Positions 34,276 through 44,256 of a stretch of DNA of 64,000 nt are shown here, piece after piece. The notes below the pieces were generated by a model. That model searched no databases. It saw nothing but the letters and a program-made list of their open reading frames with translations, and was not told the origin of the DNA. The stretch is from a bacterium (GTDB lineage Bacteria > UBA8248 > JACPRG01 > G963555815). The translations under genes were made by a program, and so were the position numbers. Each line of letters begins with the position of its first letter. Positions within the stretch are counted from its first letter, which is position 1. The stretch is taken from NCBI GenBank assembly GCA_963555815.3, contig CAUVWX020000001.1:1-64000 (forward strand), written 5' to 3'.

Positions 34276-35289
34276 CTAGATCTTCTCCACCTGCAAAAAC
34301 TCAAGCTCCACCGGTGTAGGCCGCCCAAAGATGGTCACCATGAGTTTCAGCTTTCCCTTTTCCAGGTTTACCTCTTCAATCATGCCCGTGAAGTTGGTAA
34401 AGGGCCCTTCGACGACCCGCACACTCTCGCCCCGCTCAAAGAGGATCTTCGGTTTGGCCGTTGTGTCATGCTGCATCCTCTCCAGGATCTTGTCGACCTC
34501 GGCATTCTCGAGGGGGGTGGGAAGGTTTCCTCCTCCCAAAAAGCCCGTCACCTTTGGCGTATTTTTGATGAGGTACCAGGTGTCGGTGTTCATCCGCATC
34601 TGGATGAGGATGTAGCCAGGGAAATACTTGCGGGCCGAGACCCGGCGCTTGCCCCCCTTGATCTCCACCACATCCTCAGTAGGAACCAGGAGACTTCCCA
34701 CTTGCCCCTGAAGGGGGGGGGTCTCCTTTCGCTCCTCAATGCTGGCTTTCACCTTCCCCTCATAACCGGAATAGGTGTGGATGACATACCACCTCATCCC
34801 CGTCTCTTCTGATTCCTCCTGGGCTTCCTCTTCCCGCTCCTTCGCCGGCGGAACCTCGGGGACATCAGCCTCTACTGGGGCGGCTGTCTCCTCAGACGGA
34901 GCCGCCTCGACCTCCTCAGCCTCGACAGAAGGGGCTGTCTCCTCAGACGGGACCGCCTCGACCTCCTCAGCCTCGGCAGAAGGGGCCGCCTCCGCTGACG
35001 GGGTCACTTCTTCCGCCTCAGCCTCGGCAGAAGGGGCCGCCTCCGCTGACGGGGTCACTTCTTCCGCCTCAGTCTCAGCAGAAGGGACCGCCTCCGCTGA
35101 CGGGGTCACTTCTTCCGCCTCAGTCTCGGCAAAAGGGGCCGCCTCCGCTGACGGGGTCACTTCTTCCGCCTCAGCCTCGGCAGAAGGGGCCGCCTCCGCT
35201 GACGGAGCCGCCTCGACCTCCGCCTTGGAGGAAGGGGTGGGCTCCTCGGAGAGAGGGCCCTTCTCTTCAGCGATCACGTCTGGGGTCAT
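34276..35289 (-). CDS. nusG: NusG with ~164-aa acidic repeat N-terminal extension
   Basis: [32 protein letters not shown] overlaps the secE stop (ATGA). Confidence 0.95.
   Translation of the reverse strand: MTPDVIAEEKGPLSEEPTPSSKAEVEAAPSAEAAPSAEAEAEEVTPSAEAAPFAETEAEEVTPSAEAVPSAETEAEEVTPSAEAAPSAEAEAEEVTPSAEAAPSAEAEEVEAVPSEETAPSVEAEEVEAAPSEETAAPVEADVPEVPPAKEREEEAQEESEETGMRWYVIHTYSGYEGKVKASIEERKETPPLQGQVGSLLVPTEDVVEIKGGKRRVSARKYFPGYILIQMRMNTDTWYLIKNTPKVTGFLGGGNLPTPLENAEVDKILERMQHDTTAKPKILFERGESVRVVEGPFTNFTGMIEEVNLEKGKLKLMVTIFGRPTPVELEFLQVEKI
34865..35220 (-). repeat. 51-bp coding tandem repeat, about 6.5 copies ([17 protein letters not shown])
   Basis: Recurrent CCGCCTCCGCTGACGGGGTCACTTCTTCCGCCTCAG on the plus strand with a 51-bp period. 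Confidence 0.92.
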
Positions 35290-35486
35290 CTTATGAATTG
35301 TCCGATCAGCCTGGATAAACCAAGGTCCACGAGACCGAGATAAATGGCGATGAAAAAAACAGCCACCAGAACGACGGCGGTCGAGGCGACGGTCTCCTTG
35401 CGGGTGGGCCAGGAGACCTTTCGCACCTCGACCCTCACCTCCCGAAGGAACTCAACCCCTTTTCGATAACCCGCTCCAACTTCCAT
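35286..35486 (-). CDS. secE: preprotein translocase SecE
   Basis: FLREVRVEVRKVSWPTRKET plus one TM segment; between tRNA-Trp and nusG. Confidence 0.95.
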   Translation of the reverse strand: MEVGAGYRKGVEFLREVRVEVRKVSWPTRKETVASTAVVLVAVFFIAIYLGLVDLGLSRLIGQFIR

Positions 35487-35525
35487 CCGCCGACCCCATT
35501 CGTCGATATAGCCGATATAGGAGAC

Positions 35526-35602
35526 TGGCAGGCCAGGAGGGATTCGAACCCCCAACCCTCGGATTTGGAGTCCGATGCTCTAACCGTTCGAGCTACTGGC
35601 CT
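35526..35602 (-). tRNA. tRNA-Trp (CCA)
   Basis: AGGCCAGTAGCTC...CTCCAAA loop...GGTTCGAATCC...GGCCTGCCA. Confidence 0.96.
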
Positions 35603-35686
35603 GAGATCCTCTCCGCGTTGCGTCTCGCGGCAAGCCCTGTTCCCTCAAGTGCAACCTCCTCATCCATCGCACGGGTGAGAGGGCGC

Positions 35687-35836
35687 TCATTTCGTCTCCC
35701 GGTGAAGCGTGTGCTTTCGACAGAACCGGCAGTACTTTTTGAACTCCAGCCGGTCGGGCGTGTTCCTCTTGTTCTTAGTGGTCGAATAATTGCGTCGCTT
35801 GCAATCGTTGCAAGCCAGCGTCACGATGTCTCGCAT
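35687..35836 (-). CDS. rpmG: 50S ribosomal protein L33, zinc type (not in ORF track)
   Basis: Manual translation [49 protein letters not shown]. Confidence 0.97.
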   Translation of the reverse strand: MRDIVTLACNDCKRRNYSTTKNKRNTPDRLEFKKYCRFCRKHTLHRETK

Positions 35837-35872
35837 CTAAAAGACCCTGCCCCTCCATGAGGCTTTCAGTCC

Positions 35873-37066
35873 CTATTCCAGGATTTCGCTGATGACGCCT
35901 GCTCCGACGGTGTGGCCCCCTTCGCGGATGGCGAACCGAAGCTCCTTCTCCATGGCGATCGGCTTGACCAGCTCCACCTCCATACTCACATTGTCCCCAG
36001 GCATCACCATCTCCACGCCCTCTGCCAGCTTCGCCACACCCGTCACGTCCGTCGTTCGAAAATAAAACTGCGGGCGATATCCATTAAAAAAGGGCGTGTG
36101 CCGACCACCCTCCTCCTTCGTTAAAATGTAAGCCTCCGCCTTAAAACGCGTGTGCGGCGTAATCGAACCAGGCACCGCCAACACCTGACCCCGCTCCACC
36201 TCCTCACGCTTCAAACCACGCAACAACACCCCAATGTTGTCCCCCGCCTGACCCTGGTCCAACAACTTCCTGAACATCTCCACACCCGTCGCCACCGTCT
36301 TCTGCGTCAGACGTAATCCCACCACCTCTACCTCATTGCCCACCTTCACCACACCACGCTCCACTCGACCCGTCACCACCGTCCCACGACCAGAAATGCT
36401 GAACACATCCTCCACAGGCATCAAAAAAGGCTTCTCCACATCGCGAACAGGCACAGGAATATAATTGTCCACCGCCTCCATTAAATCCACAATGCACTTG
36501 GCGTCCGCATGACCCGGGTCAGCCGCCTCCAACGCCCGAAGCGCACTCCCGCGAATCACGGGAATGTCGTCCCCAGGAAACTCATACGCCGTCAATAACT
36601 CCCGCACCTCAAGCTCCACCAGGTCCTTCAACTCCTCATCGTCCACCTGGTCCACCTTGTTCAAAAACACCACGATGTGCGGCACACCCACCTGACGAGC
36701 CAACAATACGTGCTCCCGCGTCTGAGGCATCGGACCATCCGCCGCACTCACCACTAAAATCGCACCGTCCATCTGCGCCGTCCCCGTAATCATGTTCTTC
36801 ACGTAGTCCGCATGACCAGGACAGTCCACGTGCGCATAGTGACGAGGACCCGTCTCATACTCCACATGACTTACCGAAATCGTGATCCCGCGCTCCCGCT
36901 CCTCAGGCGCCTTGTTGATCTCGTCATAAGAAACATACTGCGCCTGACCCTGCTTGCTTAAAATCATCGTGATCGCCGCCGTCAGCGTCGTCTTCCCATG
37001 CTGAACGTGACCTATCGTCCCTACATTCACATGAGGCTTCGTCCGCTCAAATCGCGCCTTGCTCAT
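35873..37066 (-). CDS. tuf: elongation factor Tu (tRNA-linked copy), same protein as 19197-20390
   Basis: Same motifs; start trimmed to ATG 37066. Confidence 0.98.
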   Translation of the reverse strand: MSKARFERTKPHVNVGTIGHVQHGKTTLTAAITMILSKQGQAQYVSYDEINKAPEERERGITISVSHVEYETGPRHYAHVDCPGHADYVKNMITGTAQMDGAILVVSAADGPMPQTREHVLLARQVGVPHIVVFLNKVDQVDDEELKDLVELEVRELLTAYEFPGDDIPVIRGSALRALEAADPGHADAKCIVDLMEAVDNYIPVPVRDVEKPFLMPVEDVFSISGRGTVVTGRVERGVVKVGNEVEVVGLRLTQKTVATGVEMFRKLLDQGQAGDNIGVLLRGLKREEVERGQVLAVPGSITPHTRFKAEAYILTKEEGGRHTPFFNGYRPQFYFRTTDVTGVAKLAEGVEMVMPGDNVSMEVELVKPIAMEKELRFAIREGGHTVGAGVISEILE

Positions 37067-37126
37067 GACCTTACTCCCTAAAACAATTAAAAGGACCTTG
37101 CTCGCCAATTCCCTCTCGTCAATCAC

Positions 37127-37202
37127 TGGAGCCCACGACCGGATTTGAACCGGTGACCCCGTCCTTACCAAGGACGTGCTCTACCGCCTGAGCTACGTGG
37201 GC
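37127..37202 (-). tRNA. tRNA-Thr (GGT)
   Basis: GCCCACGTAGCTCAG...TTGGTAA...GGTTCAAATCC...GGGCTCCA. Confidence 0.96.
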
Positions 37203-37224
37203 CTGGGTCCCCTCAGACTCCGCT

Positions 37225-37302
37225 TGGAGCGGGAAACGGGATTCGAACCCGCGACCCTCGGCTTGGAAGGCCGATGCTCTAGCCAGACTGAGCTATTCCC
37301 GC
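37225..37302 (-). tRNA. tRNA-Gly (TCC)
   Basis: GCGGGAATAGCTCAG...CTTCCAA...GGTTCGAATCCC...CCCGCTCCA. Confidence 0.96.
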
Positions 37303-37319
37303 CTGCGGCCTAAACACTG

Positions 37320-37404
37320 TGGTGGGGAGGGGAGGATTCGAACCTCCGAAGGCTTAGCCGACAGATTTACAGTCTGTTCCCTTTGGCCGCTCGGGAACCT
37401 CCCC
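37320..37404 (-). tRNA. tRNA-Tyr (GTA)
   Basis: GGGGAGGTTCCCGAGCGGCCAAAGGG...CTGTAAA...long variable arm...CCCCACCA. Confidence 0.96.
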
Positions 37405-37426
37405 CACTTGAGCCATTTCAATTGGT

Positions 37427-37502
37427 TGGAGCTGGCGAAGGGATTTGAACCCCCGACCTGCTGATTACAAGTCAGCTGCTCTCCCAACTGAGCTACGCCA
37501 GC
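37427..37502 (-). tRNA. tRNA-Thr (TGT)
   Basis: GCTGGCGTAGCTCAG...CTTGTAA...GGTTCAAATCC...CAGCTCCA. Confidence 0.96.
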
Positions 37503-37519
37503 AATAAGATAAACGTGTA

Positions 37520-37548
37520 ACATTATCAACCTCTTTCCTTCTTGTCAA
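37520..37548 (-). promoter_or_regulatory. sigma70-type promoter of the tRNA-tuf operon
   Basis: TTGACA-N17-TAATGT, ending 18 bp upstream of the first tRNA. Confidence 0.6.
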
Positions 37549-38318
37549 CACTATATTTTTGACTATATTTCCGTCCTCGGGTCATTTCATAGAGCGCTAT
37601 CCCCAGGGCCACTGACACGTTCAGACTGGAAGGCACATTCAACGTCGGAATCCGGATCAGGTAATCACATCCCTCGCGCACAAGCCTTCGAAGGCCTGTC
37701 CCCTCGCCTCCCACCACGATCGCCAGAGGGTCCTCCAGGGCGATCTCGCCCATGGCCTTTTTCCCTCTCTCATCCAGGCCCAGGACCCAAAACCCCTCCT
37801 CTTTCGCGCCTTCCAGGGCCCTTGTCAGGTTCACCACGCGGCAAAGGGGGACGTGATCCAGGGCGCCGGCCGCCGCCTTCGCCGCAACCGGAGAGGGCGG
37901 CGCCGTCCGCTCCCGGGTGAAAACGACGCCCGATCCCCCAAAGGCCCCCACCGATCTCACCAGGGCCCCCAAGTTCCTCGGGTCCTGGACTCCGTCCAGG
38001 AAGAGCAACAAGGGATGAGGCGCTTTTCTGGCCTCCTGAAGAAGCCTCTGAAGGTCCACCAGGGGCAACGGACCCGCCTGGGCCACCACCCCCTGGTGGT
38101 CCCTGGTTCCCGCCATCTCATCGAGGGTGCGTCGGGGCAAAAATGTGGGGGTTACACCCCGCCCCTTGGCCTCGGCAAGCAGGCTGGCTACCTCCTGATC
38201 CCTCCGGCCCTTAAGCAGCCAGAGCCCCCTCACCTGCCGTCTTCCCGCCCTCAGGATCTCCAGAACGGGATGAAGCCCGTAAAAATGCTGAAACCTCTCC
38301 CCCCTCGCCGTCAGTCAC
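37526..38318 (-). CDS. rlmB: 23S rRNA Gm2251 methyltransferase (TrmH/SpoU family); apparent +1 frameshift in a G6 run near the start
   Basis: LDGVQDPRNLGAL; VGGEGTGL; SLNVSVA. The N-terminal FYGLHPVLEIL lies upstream of the tracked ORF and joins GTG 38318 (GGGGAGG RBS) if one G is removed at 38299-38304. Confidence 0.9.
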
Positions 38319-38337
38319 GCCTCCCCGTGGCGGCTCT

Positions 38338-39828
38338 TCAGGTTCCGTTTTTCATCTCTGTCGTCCCCGTGGTCTCGGACGGGCGGATGAACTTCCATCG
38401 GGTCCCGTGAGGGCCGTCTTCTATCTGGATGTGAAGGGCGACCAGCTCATCCCGGATGCGGTCCGCCGCGGTCCAGTCTTTCTGCTCGCGTGCCCGCTGT
38501 CGTCCGGCGACGAGATCATCAATCTGGGTGGGGCTCATGTGGGCCTCTTCCTCGTGCCCGCGGAACCAGTCCTCGGGGGAAGACTGCAGGAGCCCCAGGA
38601 CAGCTCCCCTCTTCAGCAAAGACGCCCGGCATTGTTCCAAGAGGGCCCGGCTGATCGGCCGTTTCGCCTCCCGGCACCGGTCTATATGGGTGTTGATCTC
38701 CTTTGCCAGTTCAAAAAATTCCCCAATGGCCCCCGCGGTGTTGAAGTCATTGTCCATGGCCTCCTGGAACCCCGCTTCAAAGGCCAGGAGGGCCTCCTTG
38801 AGCTCGGGATCTTCGGGGCCCTCGTCCCCCACCTGTGCCAACCCCTCCTCCAGTCGAAGGAAACAGTTATAGAGGCGGTCAAGGGCCCTCTCGGTTTCTG
38901 CCATGAGCTCCTCGGAATATTCCAAGGGGCTTCGATAATGGGCGCCGAGAAGGAAGAATCGCACGGTCTCGGCGTGAAACCTGTCCAGGAGGACCTTCAG
39001 GGGAAGAATGTTCCCCCGGGATTTAGACATCTTCTCCCTGTTAAATTTGACAAACCCATTGTGCATCCAATACTTCACGACGGCCTTTCCTGTATAAGCC
39101 TGGGACTGAGCCCGCTCGTTCTCGTGGTGAGGGAAGATGAGATCCTCTCCGCCCCCATGAATATCGAAGGAGGGCCCCAGGTGGCCCATGGACATGGCTG
39201 AGCACTCGATGTGCCATCCAGGCCTGCCCAACCCCCAAGGGCTCTCCCAAGCGGGTTCCCCGCTCTTGGCACTTTTCCAGAGGGCAAAATCCAGGGGGTC
39301 TCGCTTTCGCTCGTCTACCTTCACCCGGGCCCCCACGCGCAGGTCGTCCAGGTTCTCTCGGGAGAGGGCGCCATAATTCGGGAAACTTCTCACCGAAAAG
39401 TAGACATTGCCTTCAGACGCATAGGCATATCCCTTCTCGATGAGGGCCTGAATAACGGTGAGGATTTCATCGATGTGTTCCGTGGCCTTGGGCTCTATAT
39501 CGGGCGCGGGAAGGCCCAGGCGCTTCATGTCCCGGGAGAACTCATCGATATAGCGGTTGGCGATGATCTCGGCCTCCACTCCCTCCTGATGTGCCCGCTC
39601 GATGATCTTGTCGTCCAGGTCGGTAAAGTTTCGGACATAGGTCACTTGGTAGTCGAGCAACCTCAGATACCTTCGGACGACCTCGAATAAGACGGCCCCT
39701 CGCGCATGACCGAGGTGGACGTCGTCATAGACAGTGACCCCACAGACGTACATCCGCACCCGCCCGGGCTCGGAAGGCTCAAAGGGCTCTTTCTGGTGGG
39801 TCAAAGTGTTGTAGACCTTAAGGCCCAT
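38338..39828 (-). CDS. cysS: cysteinyl-tRNA synthetase
   Basis: MYVCGVTVYD..HLGH; GRPGWHIECSAM; KMSKS. Confidence 0.98.
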   Translation of the reverse strand: MGLKVYNTLTHQKEPFEPSEPGRVRMYVCGVTVYDDVHLGHARGAVLFEVVRRYLRLLDYQVTYVRNFTDLDDKIIERAHQEGVEAEIIANRYIDEFSRDMKRLGLPAPDIEPKATEHIDEILTVIQALIEKGYAYASEGNVYFSVRSFPNYGALSRENLDDLRVGARVKVDERKRDPLDFALWKSAKSGEPAWESPWGLGRPGWHIECSAMSMGHLGPSFDIHGGGEDLIFPHHENERAQSQAYTGKAVVKYWMHNGFVKFNREKMSKSRGNILPLKVLLDRFHAETVRFFLLGAHYRSPLEYSEELMAETERALDRLYNCFLRLEEGLAQVGDEGPEDPELKEALLAFEAGFQEAMDNDFNTAGAIGEFFELAKEINTHIDRCREAKRPISRALLEQCRASLLKRGAVLGLLQSSPEDWFRGHEEEAHMSPTQIDDLVAGRQRAREQKDWTAADRIRDELVALHIQIEDGPHGTRWKFIRPSETTGTTEMKNGT

Positions 39829-39861
39829 TGGCCCTCTTCTTAGCTGGGGATCTCTCTATCC

Positions 39862-40350
39862 TCAGGCAGTGGCCTCGCCGACCTCCGTGAGGGCACAGAT
39901 GGCTTGCGCCGCTATCCCTTCCTCTCGACCCGCAAAGCCAAGGCCCTCTGTCGTCGTGGCCTTGACGCTGACCAGGAGAGGAGAGACCCCGAGGGCCTTT
40001 GAGATGACCTCACGCATGGACTCCACATACGGCCGAAGCCTCGGGCGCTGGGCCACGACGGTGGCGTCCAGGTTCACCACCCGAAGGTTTGCTCCCCGAA
40101 GAAGCTTCGCCACTTCTTCCAGGAGCGTTACGCTGGAGATGTCCCGGAATCGGGCATCGTTGTCCGGGAATCGAAGCCCGATATCCCCGAGGGCACCTGC
40201 CCCAAGGAGGGCGTCGCAGATGGCGTGCAGGAGGACATCGGCATCGCTATGCCCGGTCAAGCCGCGCTCGAAGGGGATCTCAACCCCCCCGAGCATCAGC
40301 CTTCGGCCCTTGGCCAAGGCGTGGACATCATATCCAATGCCTACCCGCAT
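39862..40350 (-). CDS. ispF: MEcPP synthase
   Basis: GIGYDVH; GHSDADVLLHA; VKATTTEGLG. Confidence 0.97.
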   Translation of the reverse strand: MRVGIGYDVHALAKGRRLMLGGVEIPFERGLTGHSDADVLLHAICDALLGAGALGDIGLRFPDNDARFRDISSVTLLEEVAKLLRGANLRVVNLDATVVAQRPRLRPYVESMREVISKALGVSPLLVSVKATTTEGLGFAGREEGIAAQAICALTEVGEATA

Positions 40351-41039
40351 CAGGATTTCTTGCCTCTCAGCAGGAGACCTGCCAGGGCAAGGTCCATCGG
40401 CGTCGTGATCTTGATATTGTTCGGATCTCCCTCCACCACTCGCACCCGGTAGCCCGCCCGCTCGGCCAGAGAGGAGTCATCCGTCCCGTCATAGCCCTCT
40501 CTCGAGGCCCGGCGAAGGGCCTCTCGAAAAAGGCTTGCTCGGAAGGCCTGAGGGGTTTGCGCGCGCCAGAGGCGATCGCGACGGAGGGTCCGATGGACCC
40601 ACCCCCCTCGGGCACCCGCCTTGACCGTGTCCACCTCGGGGACCGCCGAAAGGGCTGCCCCCGCTTCCTTGGCGGCGGCGATAACCTGCTCAATAAGAGA
40701 AGGGGCCACCAGAGGCCGAGCCCCGTCATGGATAAGAAGAAAATCGAATTTCGGGGGGACCCGCTCCACCCCTCTACGGACCGATTCCCCGCGACTGGCT
40801 CCCCCGGCCAGGACGGCCCGCACCTTCAAGAACCCGTAAGGCTTAATCAACTTTTGGCGACACCAGCGGACTTGCCCCGGGGGAACCACCACGAAGATGG
40901 CCTCAACGGAGGATGCTTCCAGGGCGCGGAGGGTGTGGACCAGGACTGGGGCCCCGCCCAGGGACGCAAACTGCTTGGGGGTTGATCCCCCTAAACGCTC
41001 TCCTGACCCCGCCGCCGGGACGACCGCCGCCACTCTCAT
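40350..41039 (-). CDS. ispD: MEP cytidylyltransferase
   Basis: PAAGSGERLG..PKQF; IHDGARP; AQTPQ; NIKITTP. Confidence 0.97.
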   Translation of the reverse strand: MRVAAVVPAAGSGERLGGSTPKQFASLGGAPVLVHTLRALEASSVEAIFVVVPPGQVRWCRQKLIKPYGFLKVRAVLAGGASRGESVRRGVERVPPKFDFLLIHDGARPLVAPSLIEQVIAAAKEAGAALSAVPEVDTVKAGARGGWVHRTLRRDRLWRAQTPQAFRASLFREALRRASREGYDGTDDSSLAERAGYRVRVVEGDPNNIKITTPMDLALAGLLLRGKKS

Positions 41040-41098
41040 CGTCTTTCGCCACGGTATGACCCTGGCGGGTCAGTGAGACCGCGCGCCCTCCCCCTAGC

Positions 41099-42238
41099 TC
41101 AGGAGGCCGCTGCTCGTTCGAGGTCTTCTTTCAGTCGGGTAAAGATCATCCGCCCGGCGGTGGTCTGCAGGGCACTGGTGACGGTCACTTCCACCTCTCG
41201 CCCGATATCCTTTTTGGCGTTGTCGACCACCACCATGGTGCCGTCTTCGAGGTAGGCCACTCCCTGGCCGTGTTCCTTCCCCTCCTTGAGGACGAAGACG
41301 CTCAGCATCTCGCCCGGCAACACGACGGGCTTCACAGCGTTGGCCAGCTGGTTGATGTTCAGGACCCCCACCCCCTGGAGCTCGGCCACCTTGTTCAGAT
41401 TGAAGTCATTCGTCAGAATCTTAGCGTTCAGGGCCTTGCCAAGGGTAACCAGCTTTCCGTCGACCTCTCGGATCTTGGGAAAATCATGCTGGATGATCCG
41501 GACATTCAGGTCGGGATTCTTTTGGATCTTCTGCAGGATGTCGAGCCCCCGCCGACCTCGGTTACGTCTCAAGGAGTCAGAAGAATCGGCGATGTGCTGG
41601 AGCTCCTTAAGGATGAACTGGGGGATGATGAGGACCCCCTCCAGGAAGCCCGTCTCACAGATGTCGGCAATCCGGCCATCTATGATGACGCTGGTATCAA
41701 GGACCTTGCAGTTCTCGTCGTCAGGTTTTTCCGAAGAGGACTCTCCCTGCGAGAAGGATATCTCGCCTCCCTTTTTCATCCCCAATACCAAGCCGAAATA
41801 GCCGAACAGCCCGTTGACGAAGAGGCGGGCTGCGAGGTCCGCCGTTCCTTCAAAACCTGGCCACGTGCCGATAGAGAAGATGAGAAGATTAGCGATAACA
41901 AGTCCAAGGAGAAGTCCCAATCCCCCGCCAACGATGGAAGACGCCGAGAGGCGAGAGAACGCGGACTCTACGAAAATAACAAGCCCCACCACCAGAACAC
42001 CTGAGCCCGCCCCCCACGCTGCCGCCCAAAGGCTAGTCCCGAGCACATCACCCAGCACATAGCCGACGAGCGCCCCCAGCACGAAGAAAAGGCCACGAAT
42101 CCAAAGATAACTCACTGAGACTTTCCTCCCCTTAAAGGAACTTTCTTTTGGCTTTTTTCGAAAAGAGTCGGTCCCTAATTCCGGGCCCCCTTTTCGACGC
42201 CCGTTGAAGAAGCCCTCCCGTCTAGCGTATCCTGCCAA
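41099..42238 (-). CDS. membrane PIN/TRAM domain protein (YacL-like); true start probably near 42118
   Basis: Four TM segments; LDTSVIIDGRI; LTNDFNLNKVA; GVAYLEDGTMVVV; QTTAGRMIF; upstream of ispD. Confidence 0.9.
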   Translation of the reverse strand: MAGYARREGFFNGRRKGGPELGTDSFRKKPKESSFKGRKVSVSYLWIRGLFFVLGALVGYVLGDVLGTSLWAAAWGAGSGVLVVGLVIFVESAFSRLSASSIVGGGLGLLLGLVIANLLIFSIGTWPGFEGTADLAARLFVNGLFGYFGLVLGMKKGGEISFSQGESSSEKPDDENCKVLDTSVIIDGRIADICETGFLEGVLIIPQFILKELQHIADSSDSLRRNRGRRGLDILQKIQKNPDLNVRIIQHDFPKIREVDGKLVTLGKALNAKILTNDFNLNKVAELQGVGVLNINQLANAVKPVVLPGEMLSVFVLKEGKEHGQGVAYLEDGTMVVVDNAKKDIGREVEVTVTSALQTTAGRMIFTRLKEDLERAAAS

Positions 42239-42309
42239 CCGTCCCCCTTTCTTCGTACATTCACCTTAATATAAAGCCTTTGAGATCAATGACATTCCTG
42301 CCGAACCCC

Positions 42310-42840
42310 TCAAAGCTCCTCCCGCACGTATTCCCCACTTCGACCTCCACTCTTTCTCATTAAGCGGAGGTCTGTGATCACCATCCCCCGGTCCACGGCC
42401 TTGCACATGTCATAGATCGTCAGGGCTGCCACGCCTACCGCCGTCAAAGCCTCCATCTCAACCCCTGTTGGGCCAACAGAGCGAACCCGGGCGTCGATGT
42501 CTATATAGGCCTCTTCTTGCTCGACCGGTGAGAGAAAGAAATTCAGCTGAACGCCAGCGATTTGGAGGGGGTGACAAAGGGGGATGAGGTCGCCCGTCCG
42601 CTTGGTCGCCATGATTCCGGCCACCCGGGCCACCCCGAGGACATCTCCCTTGGCGGCCGCGTTATCCCGGATCATGGACAGGGTCTCCGGGCGCACAACA
42701 ACCCTTGCCCGTGCTGACGCCTCTCGGATCGTAGGGGGCTTATCCCCGACGTCCACCATCCGGGCCTGACCAGAGGCATCTACATGGGTGAGACCTTTGA
42801 GAACATCCTGTCCTTGAGGTTCCCCCCGACTGATGGTCAA
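42310..42840 (-). CDS. moaC: cyclic pyranopterin monophosphate synthase
   Basis: ARMVDVGDK; LIPLCHP; TGVEMEAL; YDMCKAVD; KSGG. Confidence 0.97.
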   Translation of the reverse strand: MTISRGEPQGQDVLKGLTHVDASGQARMVDVGDKPPTIREASARARVVVRPETLSMIRDNAAAKGDVLGVARVAGIMATKRTGDLIPLCHPLQIAGVQLNFFLSPVEQEEAYIDIDARVRSVGPTGVEMEALTAVGVAALTIYDMCKAVDRGMVITDLRLMRKSGGRSGEYVREEL

Positions 42841-42886
42841 CTCCCGATAAAAGCCTATATATTGAAGGCTAAAACTACAAAATTAC

Positions 42887-42915
42887 AATATATATGCAGG
42901 TTTTCGCAGAGTCAA
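42887..42915 (-). promoter_or_regulatory. sigma70-type promoter upstream of moaC
   Basis: TTGACT-N17-TATATT in AT-rich intergenic DNA. Confidence 0.55.
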
Positions 42916-43005
42916 TAGACGAGTCCTTCCGCGAGACTAACGAGAAGACAGCAAAAACCCACCTATCCCGCCAGAGGGTCTCCAAGGGACCCGCCGCCCC
43001 ATTTT

Positions 43006-44154
43006 CTACCCCTCCTTCGGGGTCCCTTTTCGAAACGCCCCACAATAGTTGAAATAGAGTTGGAGTTGTCTTCGGTAGCGGTGCCAGATCCAGGGGACGT
43101 AGTCCTCCTCTTCAAGAGGGGAGAAACCAAGAGCCTCCAGATAATCCCTGGCCCCTGCGAGGGGGTCCGGCCCGCCTTGGCTGTAAGGTCCACCCGGCAC
43201 CTTGAAGGGGTCGGTGAAGAGGAGAACACCGTCCAGCCGAAGAACCCGGGCCACTTCCCGAAGGGGAGTCCTGGGGTGGACCACATCGACAATGTTGGCG
43301 CTCGCGGCAAGGTCAAGGGCCTCGTCGGCGAAGGGGAGATTAGTGCAGTCGGCCACGATAAGCTCCACATTGTCCACCCGCCCAACGGTGAGGGGTCTCT
43401 GCATAAAAGCGTTCCGGTGGCGCCTGACGAGATGCTGAATGGTGGGCCGGGGGCGGTGGAGGAGGACCGAGCGGCCAAGAAGGATGCTCGCAAAGGAAAG
43501 GTCCACGCCAAAAACCCCCTCAAAGGCCTCCGAAAGGCGGAAGACAAGCCCCCCCGGACCGCAGCCGCTATCCAGGGCGAGGTGCTTTCCCTTGGCATTT
43601 CTCTTCGCCATCTCGGCAAGGACGTCATAGGGGTTTCTGCCATCGAACTCGTCGAGGAACTTTCGAAATGAGGCGGGAAGGGGCGCTTCCGAGAGGATGT
43701 CGGCCACCCGGTCGTAGTGGAGGGTGAGGTTGACATCCATCTTGTCCTCGCGTCGCGCAAGGTCGTAGAGGTCAAAGTGCTGCTCCCGAAGCCACATGAG
43801 AAGATCCTCGGAAAGGCCCCCAAACATTCCCGCTTGGCTGATGATGGAAGGATACCGGGCGGCCAGATACTCTTTGGGCCGGTGAAGAAGGATAAGAACC
43901 CCCCCGATGACGGGATACCATCCCTGGCACTCATCGCACCGGACCCCTCCCTCCACAACCTCGTCCTGGTCTCCCTCGGCGGGCCGAAGGGGGATCTCAC
44001 CCCCGTGAAGAGAGAGGTGGCCGCCACACTTCCCTCGCTGTCTCACACGGGGGGCAGGGCAGACCAGGTATTTTAATTTCTCAATCTGCATGGGCCGTTC
44101 AGTGGTCCTTCGAGATTCATTTTGTTTCGTTCCCATTATGCCATAAGGGGACAA
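43006..44154 (-). CDS. class I SAM-dependent methyltransferase with N-terminal Trm112-like zinc module (start possibly 44091)
   Basis: YLVCP...CGGHL...EGGVRCDECQGWYPVIGGV; ALDSGCGPG; VADCTNLPF; EVARVLRLDG. Confidence 0.75.
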   Translation of the reverse strand: MSPYGIMGTKQNESRRTTERPMQIEKLKYLVCPAPRVRQRGKCGGHLSLHGGEIPLRPAEGDQDEVVEGGVRCDECQGWYPVIGGVLILLHRPKEYLAARYPSIISQAGMFGGLSEDLLMWLREQHFDLYDLARREDKMDVNLTLHYDRVADILSEAPLPASFRKFLDEFDGRNPYDVLAEMAKRNAKGKHLALDSGCGPGGLVFRLSEAFEGVFGVDLSFASILLGRSVLLHRPRPTIQHLVRRHRNAFMQRPLTVGRVDNVELIVADCTNLPFADEALDLAASANIVDVVHPRTPLREVARVLRLDGVLLFTDPFKVPGGPYSQGGPDPLAGARDYLEALGFSPLEEEDYVPWIWHRYRRQLQLYFNYCGAFRKGTPKEG

Positions 44155-44256
44155 GAAGGGGTCTGACCCCTTGGATCTGGAAACTCAGTTGACCTTTGCC
44201 AATAAGCGACATATGAGGGACATAGAAAATTCTTCCTAGATGACGGATGACGTGGA

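Noticed and set aside
34865..35220. Regularly spaced repeats as a CRISPR array
   Set aside because: Contiguous 51-bp units with no unique spacers, in frame with nusG, and no cas genes.
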